From: Anthoceros angustus
Lineage: Eukaryota; Plantae; Anthocerotophyta
Direction of reading: 5' to 3'
Assembly (NCBI GenBank): GCA_010909165.1
Contig: MU008163.1
Location: 1,674,001 to 1,738,000, forward strand
Length of the DNA: 64,000 nucleotides
Both the position numbers and the translations under genes were made by a program. Shown piece after piece: positions 1-10,749 of this stretch. Within the stretch, counting starts at the first letter, position 1; the number at the start of each line of letters is the position of its first letter. The notes beneath the pieces are model-generated. The model was given only the letters and a program-made list of their open reading frames with translations, searched no databases and had not been told where the DNA came from.

Positions 1-267
1 GGTACTCATGAATCACACCCGGATACCACACTTTATCCATGGGCCAAAAAACCTGCGAACCAGCAACAGCTAGGTCAAGGAAAGGAGCGCAGGACCAAAA
101 AACCAGGCAGCGAGCAACGAAACCACACCTTACAACTCCTCCCGATACAATCCTTGGGCCGGGCAGCCCCCAAATCAACCCTACAGAAGCACCACGGCGA
201 GGGTTAGACAGCTGCGCGGCATGCAGCAGGGCCGGCAAGCATCCCAAGTAACTGCTCCAGCACTCAC

Positions 268-716
268 TCTGTCCAGGGAGGTCGATGCGCAATCTGCGAG
301 CGGTACTCCACCATGGCATCCGTGAGCTTCCTGCTGCGCGGGGACAGCCTGAGCTCCTTGGCGGGCTCAATTCTGTCGCCTTTCTTTCCCCGGCGCCGCA
401 CGGGGGCAGGCGACTGGCCCAGCAGCACATCCCCATTCCGCTTGGGAATTGTCTTCTTGGGAGTGCGCACCTCGGCGGCGCTGCCGTCTTGGCTCTTGAG
501 CCCGAACACCCGCCTGCTCTTCTTGCAGGATACCCTGGCGGGATCCGGGGACGATATGCTGGGCTCATTGTGGTCCGTGGAGGACACCAGGCCGTCCGAG
601 ACGTCGCAGATTGGCACCCCAGAGCTTGCAGGCAACTCCACGCTCATCCTGGGCCGCTTCCGGCTGTACACCACTACTGCAGGAGCTCCGAGCTCCATCT
701 TGCGCTTGGCGACCAT
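268..716 (-). CDS. First coding exon of a probable Enhancer-of-polycomb-like protein; the gene runs off the left edge
   Basis: ATG at 716 (MVAKRKMELG) with VYSRKR and KSRRVFG motifs like plant EPL N-termini. The ORF ends at a GA|gtgagt donor at 267. The family call rests on short motifs only. Confidence 0.4.
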
Positions 717-795
717 CGCAGCAAGGCCCACTCCGACTGGCCCCGTCCCGGCCCCGGCCTCGCCCTCCGCTCGATCCACCTCCTGCTTCCTGCCA

Positions 796-842
796 ATGCC
801 CCTGCCGATGCCCCTGCCGATGCCCCTGCCGATGCCCCTGCT
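796..842. repeat. 12-bp tandem repeat (ATGCCCCTGCCG) x~4 upstream of the EPL-like ATG
   Basis: Directly visible; it explains the GIGR/MPLP repeats in the ORF track. Confidence 0.85.
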
Positions 843-1609
843 GCAGCAGGAGTGAATGCCGCCTGCGTACTGTAGAGCGTGCACCAGACGCACTCGCGCT
901 TCATCTGTCGCACACGTTTGGAGCCCAAGGCTCCAGCCCCACGCTGCTCGTAAAACACATGGCTCGCTTCAAAAAAAAACTTTCCTCCCTGTCCTAACAC
1001 ACCTGCTTCCCTTTCCTTCCTTGTCTTAACCCAAACCCGACGACTCTCTCAATCAAAATCTCTCGTCTTTGTTACTCCCACTGCCGCCTTCTCTTTGCCA
1101 TCCTTTAGCTTTCCATACCTATTCAAAATAAATACTGGTACCTGCACACAAAACATGGGTCTCCGACAAGAAGAGTGAACTCGGATGGAATTTTCCGATC
1201 GTGGACTCTACTTAATAACTTATCTTCTCACTCTTTATCTTGTGCATATCCATGGACCTTGAGGTAAGCATATATAGGCATCTACAGGTTTTTTCGAAAC
1301 GGAGATCTCATACGAAGTTTGGTTTGAGCTCGAGGAGAGTAGGTATGTAGTGGAAATATATATATGAATAAAATATCTTAATTATAGTTTAAGTTCAAAT
1401 CCTCATGGACTTGCACAATATAACAGTAAAATATCAGATTTGTCCATGACATTGCATAGTTTGCATAACGCGTCACTTATACTTATGAGATCTATGTTCG
1501 GAATGACTACACCCTACCTCCATATCGTCATAATTAGGGAATGTGGAGACTTAATATAAAAAAAGAGATGGGAAATTTCATCTACCCGGAGAAAGAAAAG
1601 GGAACAATA

Positions 1610-1790
1610 AAATTAACCTATTTATAGACTTATAGGTGTAAATAGGCCTAACTTCTATAGGTCTAAATAGGCCTAAATTTTCCTCATAGGTCTAACCCTT
1701 ATTTCTATTAATAGGACTGGCCTAATATAGACTTATGGGTCTAAATAGGTTAATTTCATAGGTGTAATAGGTCAAAATAGGTTAATTTTC
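1610..1790. repeat. AT-rich cluster of degenerate ATAGG(T/C)CTAA motifs, probably a transposon subterminal remnant
   Basis: About 10 dispersed copies of the motif in 180 bp. Confidence 0.5.
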
Positions 1791-2289
1791 TTAAAGCATT
1801 TGCTTATCCATTAGAATTCATAAAGTCCCATCCAGGTCTTACGTTGAGGGCTACCTACTCCCAAAACATACCTAGTTAAACACGTAAACTCAACGCTGGC
1901 CCGAATCACACTTCTCTTCACAATTCTCTTCCTCTCCGAAGATACTCCTCCAAGGGGATGGTGCTTCTGTGTGCTTGGCTGGCTAGGCAGGAAGGGTCCC
2001 TTCCTCCTGCTCTCTCTGCCTTCAATGATTTGCTGATTGCGCTCAAGTGACTACTTTCGTGTGGTCTTTGTTCTGCTCGCCCGCCGGGGTGTAGCTGTCC
2101 CTGGGTTTGGGTTTCTGTCTCTGCCTTGCCTTCCTCATGTTGAGGACTCGTGTACAAACCTGTTCTTTGTAAAGTCCTTCATTTCTCTTGAAAAAAGGGC
2201 TGGTCGTCTCAAACGGAACCCGGTCCCAGATAAGCGTATCACTTTCATCAACCAGAGACTGTGTCTGCTGCACTCGCACTGTGCATGTT

Positions 2290-2900
2290 GAAAAGAGATT
2301 TGACTATAGCAGCAGATAAACTCTCCACCATACACATGTTCAAAGTCCTGAATGTCCCGAGGCCAGCTGAAATTCAGATGCAGCAGTACACTCCTTTCGT
2401 GTCCCCTTGCAGGATTGTGCACCCACCAGACCGTTGTGGCCGCAGTTTCCAAACCCGTTTTCTGGAAGCAAGTCAGAATCGCTTGCTTCCCGAGTCCGAA
2501 TGCTAGACTATCTGTTCTTATTACAAGGTCTCCCGAAATTGTACCTGCTGGCCTGCTGCAAATTATGTCAAGCTTAGTGCTGAAGAGATTCGTAGAGGAA
2601 GATATGGCACCACTGATGTGTTTCCTGGACCCAGCTGAGGCTTTCACCGAGCAGCGTCCAACTTCTACCACGAGGATAAATTGTGGCGAATTCTAGGATC
2701 CCAAGAAATAGGCAGTGCTAAATGGGGGATGCAGCACATGCCATGTCCGTTGTTCTTGGACAAGGTTGCGACGCTTCCCTGCAGGATGCAGCTGTCCTTG
2801 CTGATCTGTTACGTACAGGAAAGTACTTGACCGTCGCCCTAGAAAGCGACTCGCAACAGCAGGATAAAGCAGACGGTGCTGGCTGCGCACTTCTGAGGAT
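2290..2900 (+). pseudogene. Degenerate FAD-dependent monooxygenase (kynurenine-monooxygenase-like) fragment
   Basis: GDAAHAMSVVLGQGCDASLQDAAVLADLL is the flavoprotein hydroxylase GD/FAD fingerprint. It is preceded by TTRINCGEF* and broken by stops and a frameshift. Confidence 0.6.
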
Positions 2901-3084
2901 GCCTCCCCTTCTGCCGAGTGTCTCCTTGCATTGTTCTTGGCAGGGAATGTGCTGTACTCGGTTGTTGGTAAAGCATCTCCAGGTCTACTTCCACCAACCA
3001 TTCAAAGATTGTTCTAAAAGACCGCGTTCCAAGCGTCGGATGGTGCCAGGGCTCCTAATCTAGGGTTGCCAAAATCCGCCATGG

Positions 3085-3230
3085 CACAAGAGGACTTGGG
3101 TAATCCCAGATTCGGAGCCCGCGCAACATCCCGCACCCAGTCCGTGTGGCTGGTCAGAGGTGGGAAACAGTCCAGCCTCCAATCACGGTCGGAGTAGTTC
3201 CAAACCTTGACAGTGTTGTCACAGCGCCCC
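3085..3230 (-). pseudogene. SEC13: Isolated SEC13 (WD40) gene fragment
   Basis: The minus strand reads CDNTVKVWNYSDRDWRLDCFPPLTSHTDWVRDVARAPNLGLPKS, matching the plant SEC13 motif. No other SEC13 exons are visible. Confidence 0.75.
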
Positions 3231-3300
3231 TGAGAGTGGTGAGCACAACCGGAGGTTCACAGCCGCGGCCCAGAGTGAAGAAATTGTTAGGTGCAGCAAA

Positions 3301-3470
3301 GCAGCACCTATTTCATACTCTCCCAACCTGGTGGTGCCTTCCTCAGAACTGACTCTCGGTCCACTTGCAATGACTTTCTGTTACAGAAATGGCAACGCAA
3401 GATGAAAGCCCAGAAGCAGTTCTGGAGGAAGGCACCACCAGGTTGGGGAGAGTGTGGATTAGGAGGCGAC
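3301..3470. ncRNA. Long imperfect fold-back, candidate miRNA/siRNA precursor
   Basis: Arm 3314-3351 pairs with 3417-3456. Inner pairs CTTGC/GCAAG and TTTCTG/CAGAAA close a 3-nt loop. Confidence 0.4.
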
Positions 3471-4133
3471 CTATCTCACTACATTCGACCATGATGGTAG
3501 CTGTCGAAGTTCCGCTCATGGGTCTCTTCCTACTCGCTATGTGGAATCGCGTCTTGAGCTTCTTTGGAGTGAAGACCAATCCCATTTCCTCGGCAGGAGA
3601 ATACCGCTAATCCAATGACTGGTCCAGCATGTTGTGGACTGACTCTTGCTGGTATGAAGCTTGGACTATCAATTCTGCAATGTGTCCACGATTCCTGCGC
3701 ATTTTAGCATCAAAGGTTGTTACCTTCTCTGAGCCTGTCCCCTATCCTGATTTCTTAGGACGCTGCAGAAGAGTCGGAGAGTCCAAGAGCATGAAGGGCT
3801 TTTACTCCAAGTAGTACGCGTAGCTTGTGGTGAGCGTCTTGATCTCCCGCTTGCCTGTTGTTTGCACAGTGTAGAGCCAATCTGAGCGCGAGTCACCGTG
3901 CCTCGGCCTGTTGTACATTTATTTTCTATATGTACAGACTTCACAAGTAATGTACAGTTCGTTACAAAGACGAAAGGGTACCGTCGAGGGTCCGATGCCC
4001 GATGGTCCTGATACACGCTCAACCAGTGATAACTTTGGAACCTGGTTGGCCTGGCGAAATACTTGATTACTACGACACGCGTCCATTGGCGGTCGCCTAT
4101 CCAATTAGTTACACGGGACTAAGTTACCAAAAT

Positions 4134-6421
4134 CTACTTCCTCCCATTGGAGCTTGCAAATTCCAAATAGTTGAGCAAGACCTTATGCCGATCCGGCTGT
4201 CTAAGCTTCCGCATGGCTTTGGTTTCAATCTGCCGGATCCGCTCCCTCGTGACCTTGAAAACATGACCAATTTCCTCAAGAGTTCTCATTCTCCCATCGT
4301 CCAGCCCATATCGCAGCCGGAGCACCTCCCTTTCCCTAACACTTAGAGTGCGCATAACAACATCCAGATCATGCTTGAAGAGCCGTTTAGAGATGACGTC
4401 TTCAGGAGTTTCTGTTTCCGTATCTGCGACAAGTTCCTACAGGGAGAGCAAGCAGGTAGAAGAGATCAGAGACAATACAGTGTAAAACAGTACACGTATG
4501 GATATGGGCATGGGAATCTCACCCCTACGGTACTGTCCCCTTCCCTGCCGATCGGTCGTTCCATTGACTGAGTGCCCTTGGTAGATCTGAGGATTAGTTT
4601 CAGCTTTTCCACACTCATACCGACTAGCTCTGCAACCTCCGCATCGGTAGCTGGCCTTCCATGTTCTTGGGCAACAATTTTTCTTGCCTTGTTGATACGA
4701 GAGATGACTTCAAACAGATGCACCTGATGATGGAACAGATCACACGAAGCGCCACGTAAGCGACATTACAATCGGGAACTTGCATTCCGAACCGGTTCCA
4801 ACTTCCTGTCGATAAAACAGTAGCCAAAGATCGGGCTGCGGAGAGTATACCGGAAGACGGATCATACGAGACTGATCTGCGATAGCTCTGGTGACTGCTT
4901 GTCTTATCCACCAATGAGCATAGGTTGAGAACTTGAACCCCTTTGTGCTGTCAAACTTCTCAGCACCTCGAATTAAACCGATGCTTCCTACCTACAAACA
5001 TGGAAAGCCGTCAATGCCAGAAAATATCGAAAGATGCTTGCAGTATTTTCACAGCGGCAGGACCAAATCGGTGCATCAATTACCTGAACTAGATCTTGGA
5101 AAGCCATGCCACGACCTTGATACTTCTTTGCGATCGAGACCACCAGTCGTAAATTTGAGTTGACCATTTTATCCTTGCAAGCTTGACCTCGATTGAGCCT
5201 GTTCTCAAAGGGCCTTATGGACATTCCAACTGCCCTACCCCATTCTGCAACCGTTGGTTCTCGGCCCATTTGTTCATGCAGTCTTCGTTTCACTCCTTCC
5301 AATTTCATCAGGTCCTGCACATGGTAAAACCCAAAGGATTAGTACAGCTCAAACGCACAGGCTTTCCGAAAAACGGTTAGACGACGGACAAGAAATCTCA
5401 CTGGACACTACTTAAGGCAGTCTTGCTCATCAAATTGAGGGATCTACCTGGATGCCCTGGGACAATTCCACCTCTTCAGCAGCACTGAGAAGGCGAGACC
5501 TTCCAATCTCCCGAAGATAGGTTCGAACAGGATCTCCTGCTGAATCTGTGGTGATCGACGTCTTCTTCGTCCTCGAGGAAGCCGCAGTCGCAACTGCTGC
5601 AGCAGCCTTTTCTGCCTTGGCAAGTGCCCTTTCTCTCTTCATCACTCTCTCTTTCCGACGGCTTGACTTCACTGCCACATTCTCCCTGGTGCTACACCTT
5701 GAGTCAGTGGCCACAACGACTTCAGGTAAGATTGATTCACAGTCCTCAAGCCTCTTGCCGGTGTCAAGCTCTACATCAAGCTGACTCCCAGAGCACGCAT
5801 CTTCTGCAGCCTCTAAGCTACTCTGGTCACACAACAACGACATATTCGACAGCGCCATAAGATCACTCTCCGTCCACTCCAGATCAAACTTGTCCACATC
5901 TGCCAGCCTCGGGTCCATCTCGTCCGGCAACGTCTGCACAGCGCCAGCCTTCTCCATTTCACTCAGCCTCGCTCTCTCCAGCCTCAACCTCAAAATGTCC
6001 TTGGAGTCATAGAAAGCATCAATCAGGTCTTCATCCTCCTCTTGCACATCTAAGCAATCCAGCGAAAAATCTGCCATCGTCCTAGCGGTCAGCGCTTCCA
6101 CATCCCTGGCCGCCTTCACAGCAGCCCTAGCAAGGGCCATTGCCTGCTCGGCAGCAGCTGCTGCCACTGCCTCATCGCTAGCTATCCAATTCTCGGTTGC
6201 AACCGCATCCACCTTCACAACCGGCCTCCCACCCGCCCTCCTAGACGGAAATCCAACTCTCACATCCTGTCCACAACAAACAAACCTGCCGTGCCGGCAC
6301 ATGTACAGGTATCAGAATCGCACATCCTCCTATCCAACAGAAAAATGCACGAACCAAACCACAGAACACTCACCTCCAAGAAGCCCGCTTCTGCGGCCCC
6401 GCCGCTACTCCTACAGGCCAT
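4134..6421 (-). CDS. SIG2: Nuclear-encoded plastid RNA polymerase sigma factor (SIG2/SIGB-like), multi-exon
   Basis: Region 1.2 [16 protein letters not shown], region 2 [16 protein letters not shown] and [22 protein letters not shown], region 3, and region 4 [25 protein letters not shown] introns; probable ATG 6421, stop 4134. The subfamily call is less sure than the family call. Confidence 0.9.
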
Positions 6422-7656
6422 CTTCCACACCCGTTGTCAGAAAGATGAAAAAAGCTCCCGACCGTAGCAGGCTTGATAGCCGCCTGTGCCATCCTCCACT
6501 CCAAGCACCAGAGAACGCCGTCAAAACAGCTCAGCACAGTCTTCCACCGCCGCTGCGAACAAGAAACTACACTACAAACGCTCCTTTCTAGGCACTATTC
6601 TCCTACACCACGCCCCGCCCTCTCCCCGCCTCCACACCGTGCTCTGCAACATATGGCCTGATTCCGACCTCGACCTCAGCCTCGAGCAATGCACTTTCCA
6701 GAGCTCCAGACGTCACCGAGAGTCGGATTTCGGACACCCCGAATGGAACCACATCATCTCCGCCAGCCGCAAAACTGCGAGAGCCTGACCTTCCCCGGCG
6801 TCAGAGATTTCATCAGCTGGAGCCGGGAAGCAACAGCAGGGCGGGGGCAACGCGTTGCCTGCAGGGAGAAGGCCGCGCCAGCATTTGCGGGAGAGGGAGG
6901 AGATTTTGTGGATTGGCCTCCCTGTCCTCCCGCGGAGCGCCTTGTTGCTCCGCTGCCGGAGGTTTTATTCAGGGCCCAGGGGCCACAGCTCCGTAACGGG
7001 TCCCGTTCCTCCCGTTCCGTTGGCTGGCTCAGCTTTATTGAAAGAGAAAATAGAGAGCCGGACATATCCCTGCCCAAGGACGCGACTGCGGCCACGTCGT
7101 CCACTCTGAATATTCACATTTTATCTTCGATCAGATGTGGGAATCTGGGTCGTACTGGAGGCGATGAAGGAAAAGGCAAGCGGGGATTCACCACCACGAA
7201 GAGTAGATTTTCACAGCACTGACGTCGTGGTGCCAATTCGGTTCTGAATACATGTATCAGGAGCAATAACTCCAGCCTTTGTCAGCTGGCTCGGGCCATC
7301 CATTTTGGGCCTGGTTGGTAGTCCTGAAACTTCCTACCAGGTGCAGGGTCCTCTGCTTCTAAGGAGCTGCGGTCGAGGAACTTTGATGAGGATTTTCGCA
7401 ATATGTGGTTCTTGCACAGGCTGTGCAGGGATGGAGAGAGAACCTACAGCCGGACAGCAAAAACCCATTGGTCCTGGTACAGAAAGCCATACTAGGGCTC
7501 AAGCGATGGTAGAAAGCACTCACCTAAAGTATGAGTCCTACTGTCCTGGGTGGATCAGGTTGGCTCTATGGGATTATTGGGGCACCCCGTTCTCAGTCCG
7601 CTGTTTCTTCCCAATGTCGCTGTCAAGGAAGGAGGTTAAAAGCATCAGTGGGTTTC

Positions 7657-9915
7657 TCATCTTGCAGGGAACACAAAACAGAAGCTGCATGGGCATCTTG
7701 AACAACGACTAACATACCCTGGAACTGCGTCCGCGGGAGACTCTGTTTGAGTGTCCTGGAGAGGCCTTTTTGGCTTTTGCTTACTCTTCCGGTCCCTTTT
7801 CTTGTTCCTGCACAGCCACATATTTTCTAGTCTCGTGGAGGCATAGAGACCACTCCCCAGAGGAACAGGACGGGAGCTGTAGAACTCAAACTTACCCATC
7901 TTGAAGTTCTGGGTTCCGACAGTACTTCAGCTTCCTATCAATACGCCTCACATCCTCTTCAATGGGTTGCCGGGTGCTTCTCACCTGTGCCCAGTAACGA
8001 AGTACCCCCAGATCAGTTCTTGTAGGTAGCATGTGATGCAAGGGAAAACTGCCCACTGATACAGGTTGTTAATAATAGTCTAGATGACGACTTCAGTTAC
8101 AGATGGGTTAGAATACTTACTACATCATCTACAGCATCAAGAGCTTGTGTCAGCTCCGCCAAAGAATGATTCCTCTGCCGATCACATATGTATTTGAAAA
8201 ATCTACAATTGATTCAGCCGTTATAAGAAGGCCAGTATTATACGGCTATAGCAGCACACAGGCGAATTTTAGAAGATGGAGCATGTACAAGACCAAGTAC
8301 CTATCGATGTCCACCTTGCTTCCCACGTCCTGATTTGCCCTTCTTAAAGCAGAGAGAGCAATCTACAGAAAGCAAAAAAAGCATTGCACAGATCACGCAA
8401 CACAACTTCATAGGGACCATATTTTTGTACACTAAAATGATCACAATTGTATAATACCTGACCAGGTGTATACAGCAGAGGCACATCAGTGATCATTAAT
8501 GAGTTGGCGATGTGTACAGCTGCATCTCTTAATTCCTGATGAAGGGCATGAGCTACACACGTGAGGCATAATGCAATGCGCAAGAACAAAACAGGAACAA
8601 AGCAATGTCAGCTTGTTCATCCTACCTGGACTTTGCTCGCAGGACTTAGATCAGTACGCCGGAGAAAGCTCTGCCATGGACACATCCACAAGATTTTGCA
8701 GTCCGATAAGGTTCAAGAAGACCTGGCAACCTAAACCCTAGACCTCACCAGAAAATTTGTCCACCAAGCCAAGTTACCTCGAGCTCATAACAAAATCCTT
8801 CCAAAGAGCGATAAGGTCCGTAGACAATCAACTCGAAGTCTAGACCCTACAGCACCACACTTGAAGGTTTGAGTAAGAAGTGCCAACGGTTGCATCGATT
8901 TGAATTATACAGCTGCTGACAAGGTACTGACCAGAAGAACCACCATTTCGTTCTTCAGCACAACCTGCGGATCTTGCTTGATGCCCTTACCAAGCTCCTC
9001 TGCTGATACATGAGACTCTTCGGCTTTGCATGCAACATATATGCAGGTAAGCCTGCAGCTTTCCACATCGCTATCGCCGTGAGAATCACTATCACCATTG
9101 CATAGAGAATGGCTATACACCCGAACAGACCATGTAGAAAAAGCTTACATGATATGCTTTGGGTCGTGCTCCATGACAGACCATTGCAGATAGAATCGCT
9201 TAAAGTAGATTATGGCAGCAGCCTGAAGTGGAAAATCATGTCAGGACAAGCCATTGAAGCTCATCAAACTAACTTCCAGGATCTCGAGAACCTTCACACT
9301 GCACACAACATGCCCTCACTCCCCTCACCTGAATCTTGGTAGGGAACCTGAAAGCCGCACAGACTTGCTGAATCTTTTGCTCGTAAAACCGAAGAATCAA
9401 CAGCTCCTCCTCCACCGTCAGAGGCTCGGGAAGAGACGCTCTATTGCTAGCACCTGAGCACAACTCACACGCGCGTCACTACACCGAAACAGCCGCAGAC
9501 ACCCCACCTCGCCTACCACCTTATCCTACAACTGACCAGCTTCTCCTTCCGCCAATTCCGTTCCAGCATACGTCGAGGAGCCATCTGATTGCGCATCCAT
9601 GCGAGTGGCACCATACTGCGAAGCAGAGCGACTGTTTCAGACAGGGAATTCTTCTCAGCAAATCGCTGTGTCAGAATTCTGCCTGCTCACACACACGGTG
9701 CTGCAAGAATTACTTTGTGGAGCATCAGAACAGCTCGATCATTCGCAAGCTTGTGCTTCTCCGCCTGCGAGGTTAGCCAAATCCCCCTGGTCAGAACCAC
9801 ACAACCCTCGTGTGAGGACCACGAAGCTGATAGCTGCGGTCAAAAGGACACACACCAGGTCCAGTGCGGTTATTCGAAGGCGCAGGCGATGCCGCGAAGT
9901 CGCAAAATCTGCCAT
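7657..9915 (-). CDS. CYCH: Cyclin H (CAK/TFIIH subunit), multi-exon
   Basis: [10 protein letters not shown] start, [81 protein letters not shown]. The 3' end is approximate. Confidence 0.9.
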
Positions 9916-10403
9916 GGGCTCGCCCCTTGTGTGCCTGGCGTTGCTCAGTTCTGGAAGCTAACTTCCTCCATGGGTTCTGGCTGGAGGAAGGTAGGTCCAG
10001 GTGTGGGCACCCCAGCATTGGAAGATGGAAAGAGGTAGCACACCAAGGCTGGGGAGGCGGCGGATTTATATGACACTCTCTTTTCGATCGATTGCCGCCC
10101 AGCGTGGTGGAAAACGCACGTTTCTGGTAATTTGAGAATCGTTTGGAGCAAGATAAAGATCTGATGTCACATGCGTGCCACGATGAGGACCTTGCTAGTC
10201 GACGTGCGTAATTGGGTTGTTGAGATGTGCAGCGCCGCAGGATTTTCATCTTCCAGGGTGATGGGTCATTTGACTCAAGTCCCTGCGCGCTTCGCCCCAG
10301 CTACCTTCTCTGCGCCTCTACGCTCTCGGAGCTGCCAGCTTCACCCTGGCTGCATGAAGTAGCTGAGAAACGCTTGACAAAAGTGCAGGCTGGAGAAATG
10401 GCA

Positions 10404-10635
10404 TCATGTGTTTGTGGCCAACTGCTTGGTGAACACGGATGCAAAGTGTGGCAGCTTGGAAGATGCGTAAAGAGTGTTTGATGGACTTGGGTACGAAGAT
10501 ATGGTGACTTGGAATGCTGTGATAGCAGGCCTTTCCCAGCAGGGTATGGGGATGGAGACCCTTTGTCTCGACTGTGCTATGCAAGAAGAAGGCATGGCTG
10601 CACCTGATTCATTTGTGTGCCTCCTCGAGTCATGA
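10404..10635 (+). pseudogene. Degenerate PLS-PPR repeat fragment
   Basis: Reads VFVANCLVNTDAKCGSLEDA*RVFDGLGYEDMVTWNAVIAG...FVCLLES* with an in-frame stop. Confidence 0.75.
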
Positions 10636-10749
10636 CATGTGACGGATTAGGTTAAGCTTCTCTCGTGGACTGGGCTAGTGGAGAGGACATCTGAACAGGA
10701 CAGGAGTGTCAGTTGAATATGCAACCAGACAGGTAGAAGCTTTGTCTTA

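Noticed and set aside
4134-6421. Bacterial contamination or recent horizontal transfer suggested by a sigma-70 gene
   Set aside because: It has spliceosomal introns and a long N-terminal extension, and it sits among plant genes; a normal nuclear-encoded plastid sigma factor.
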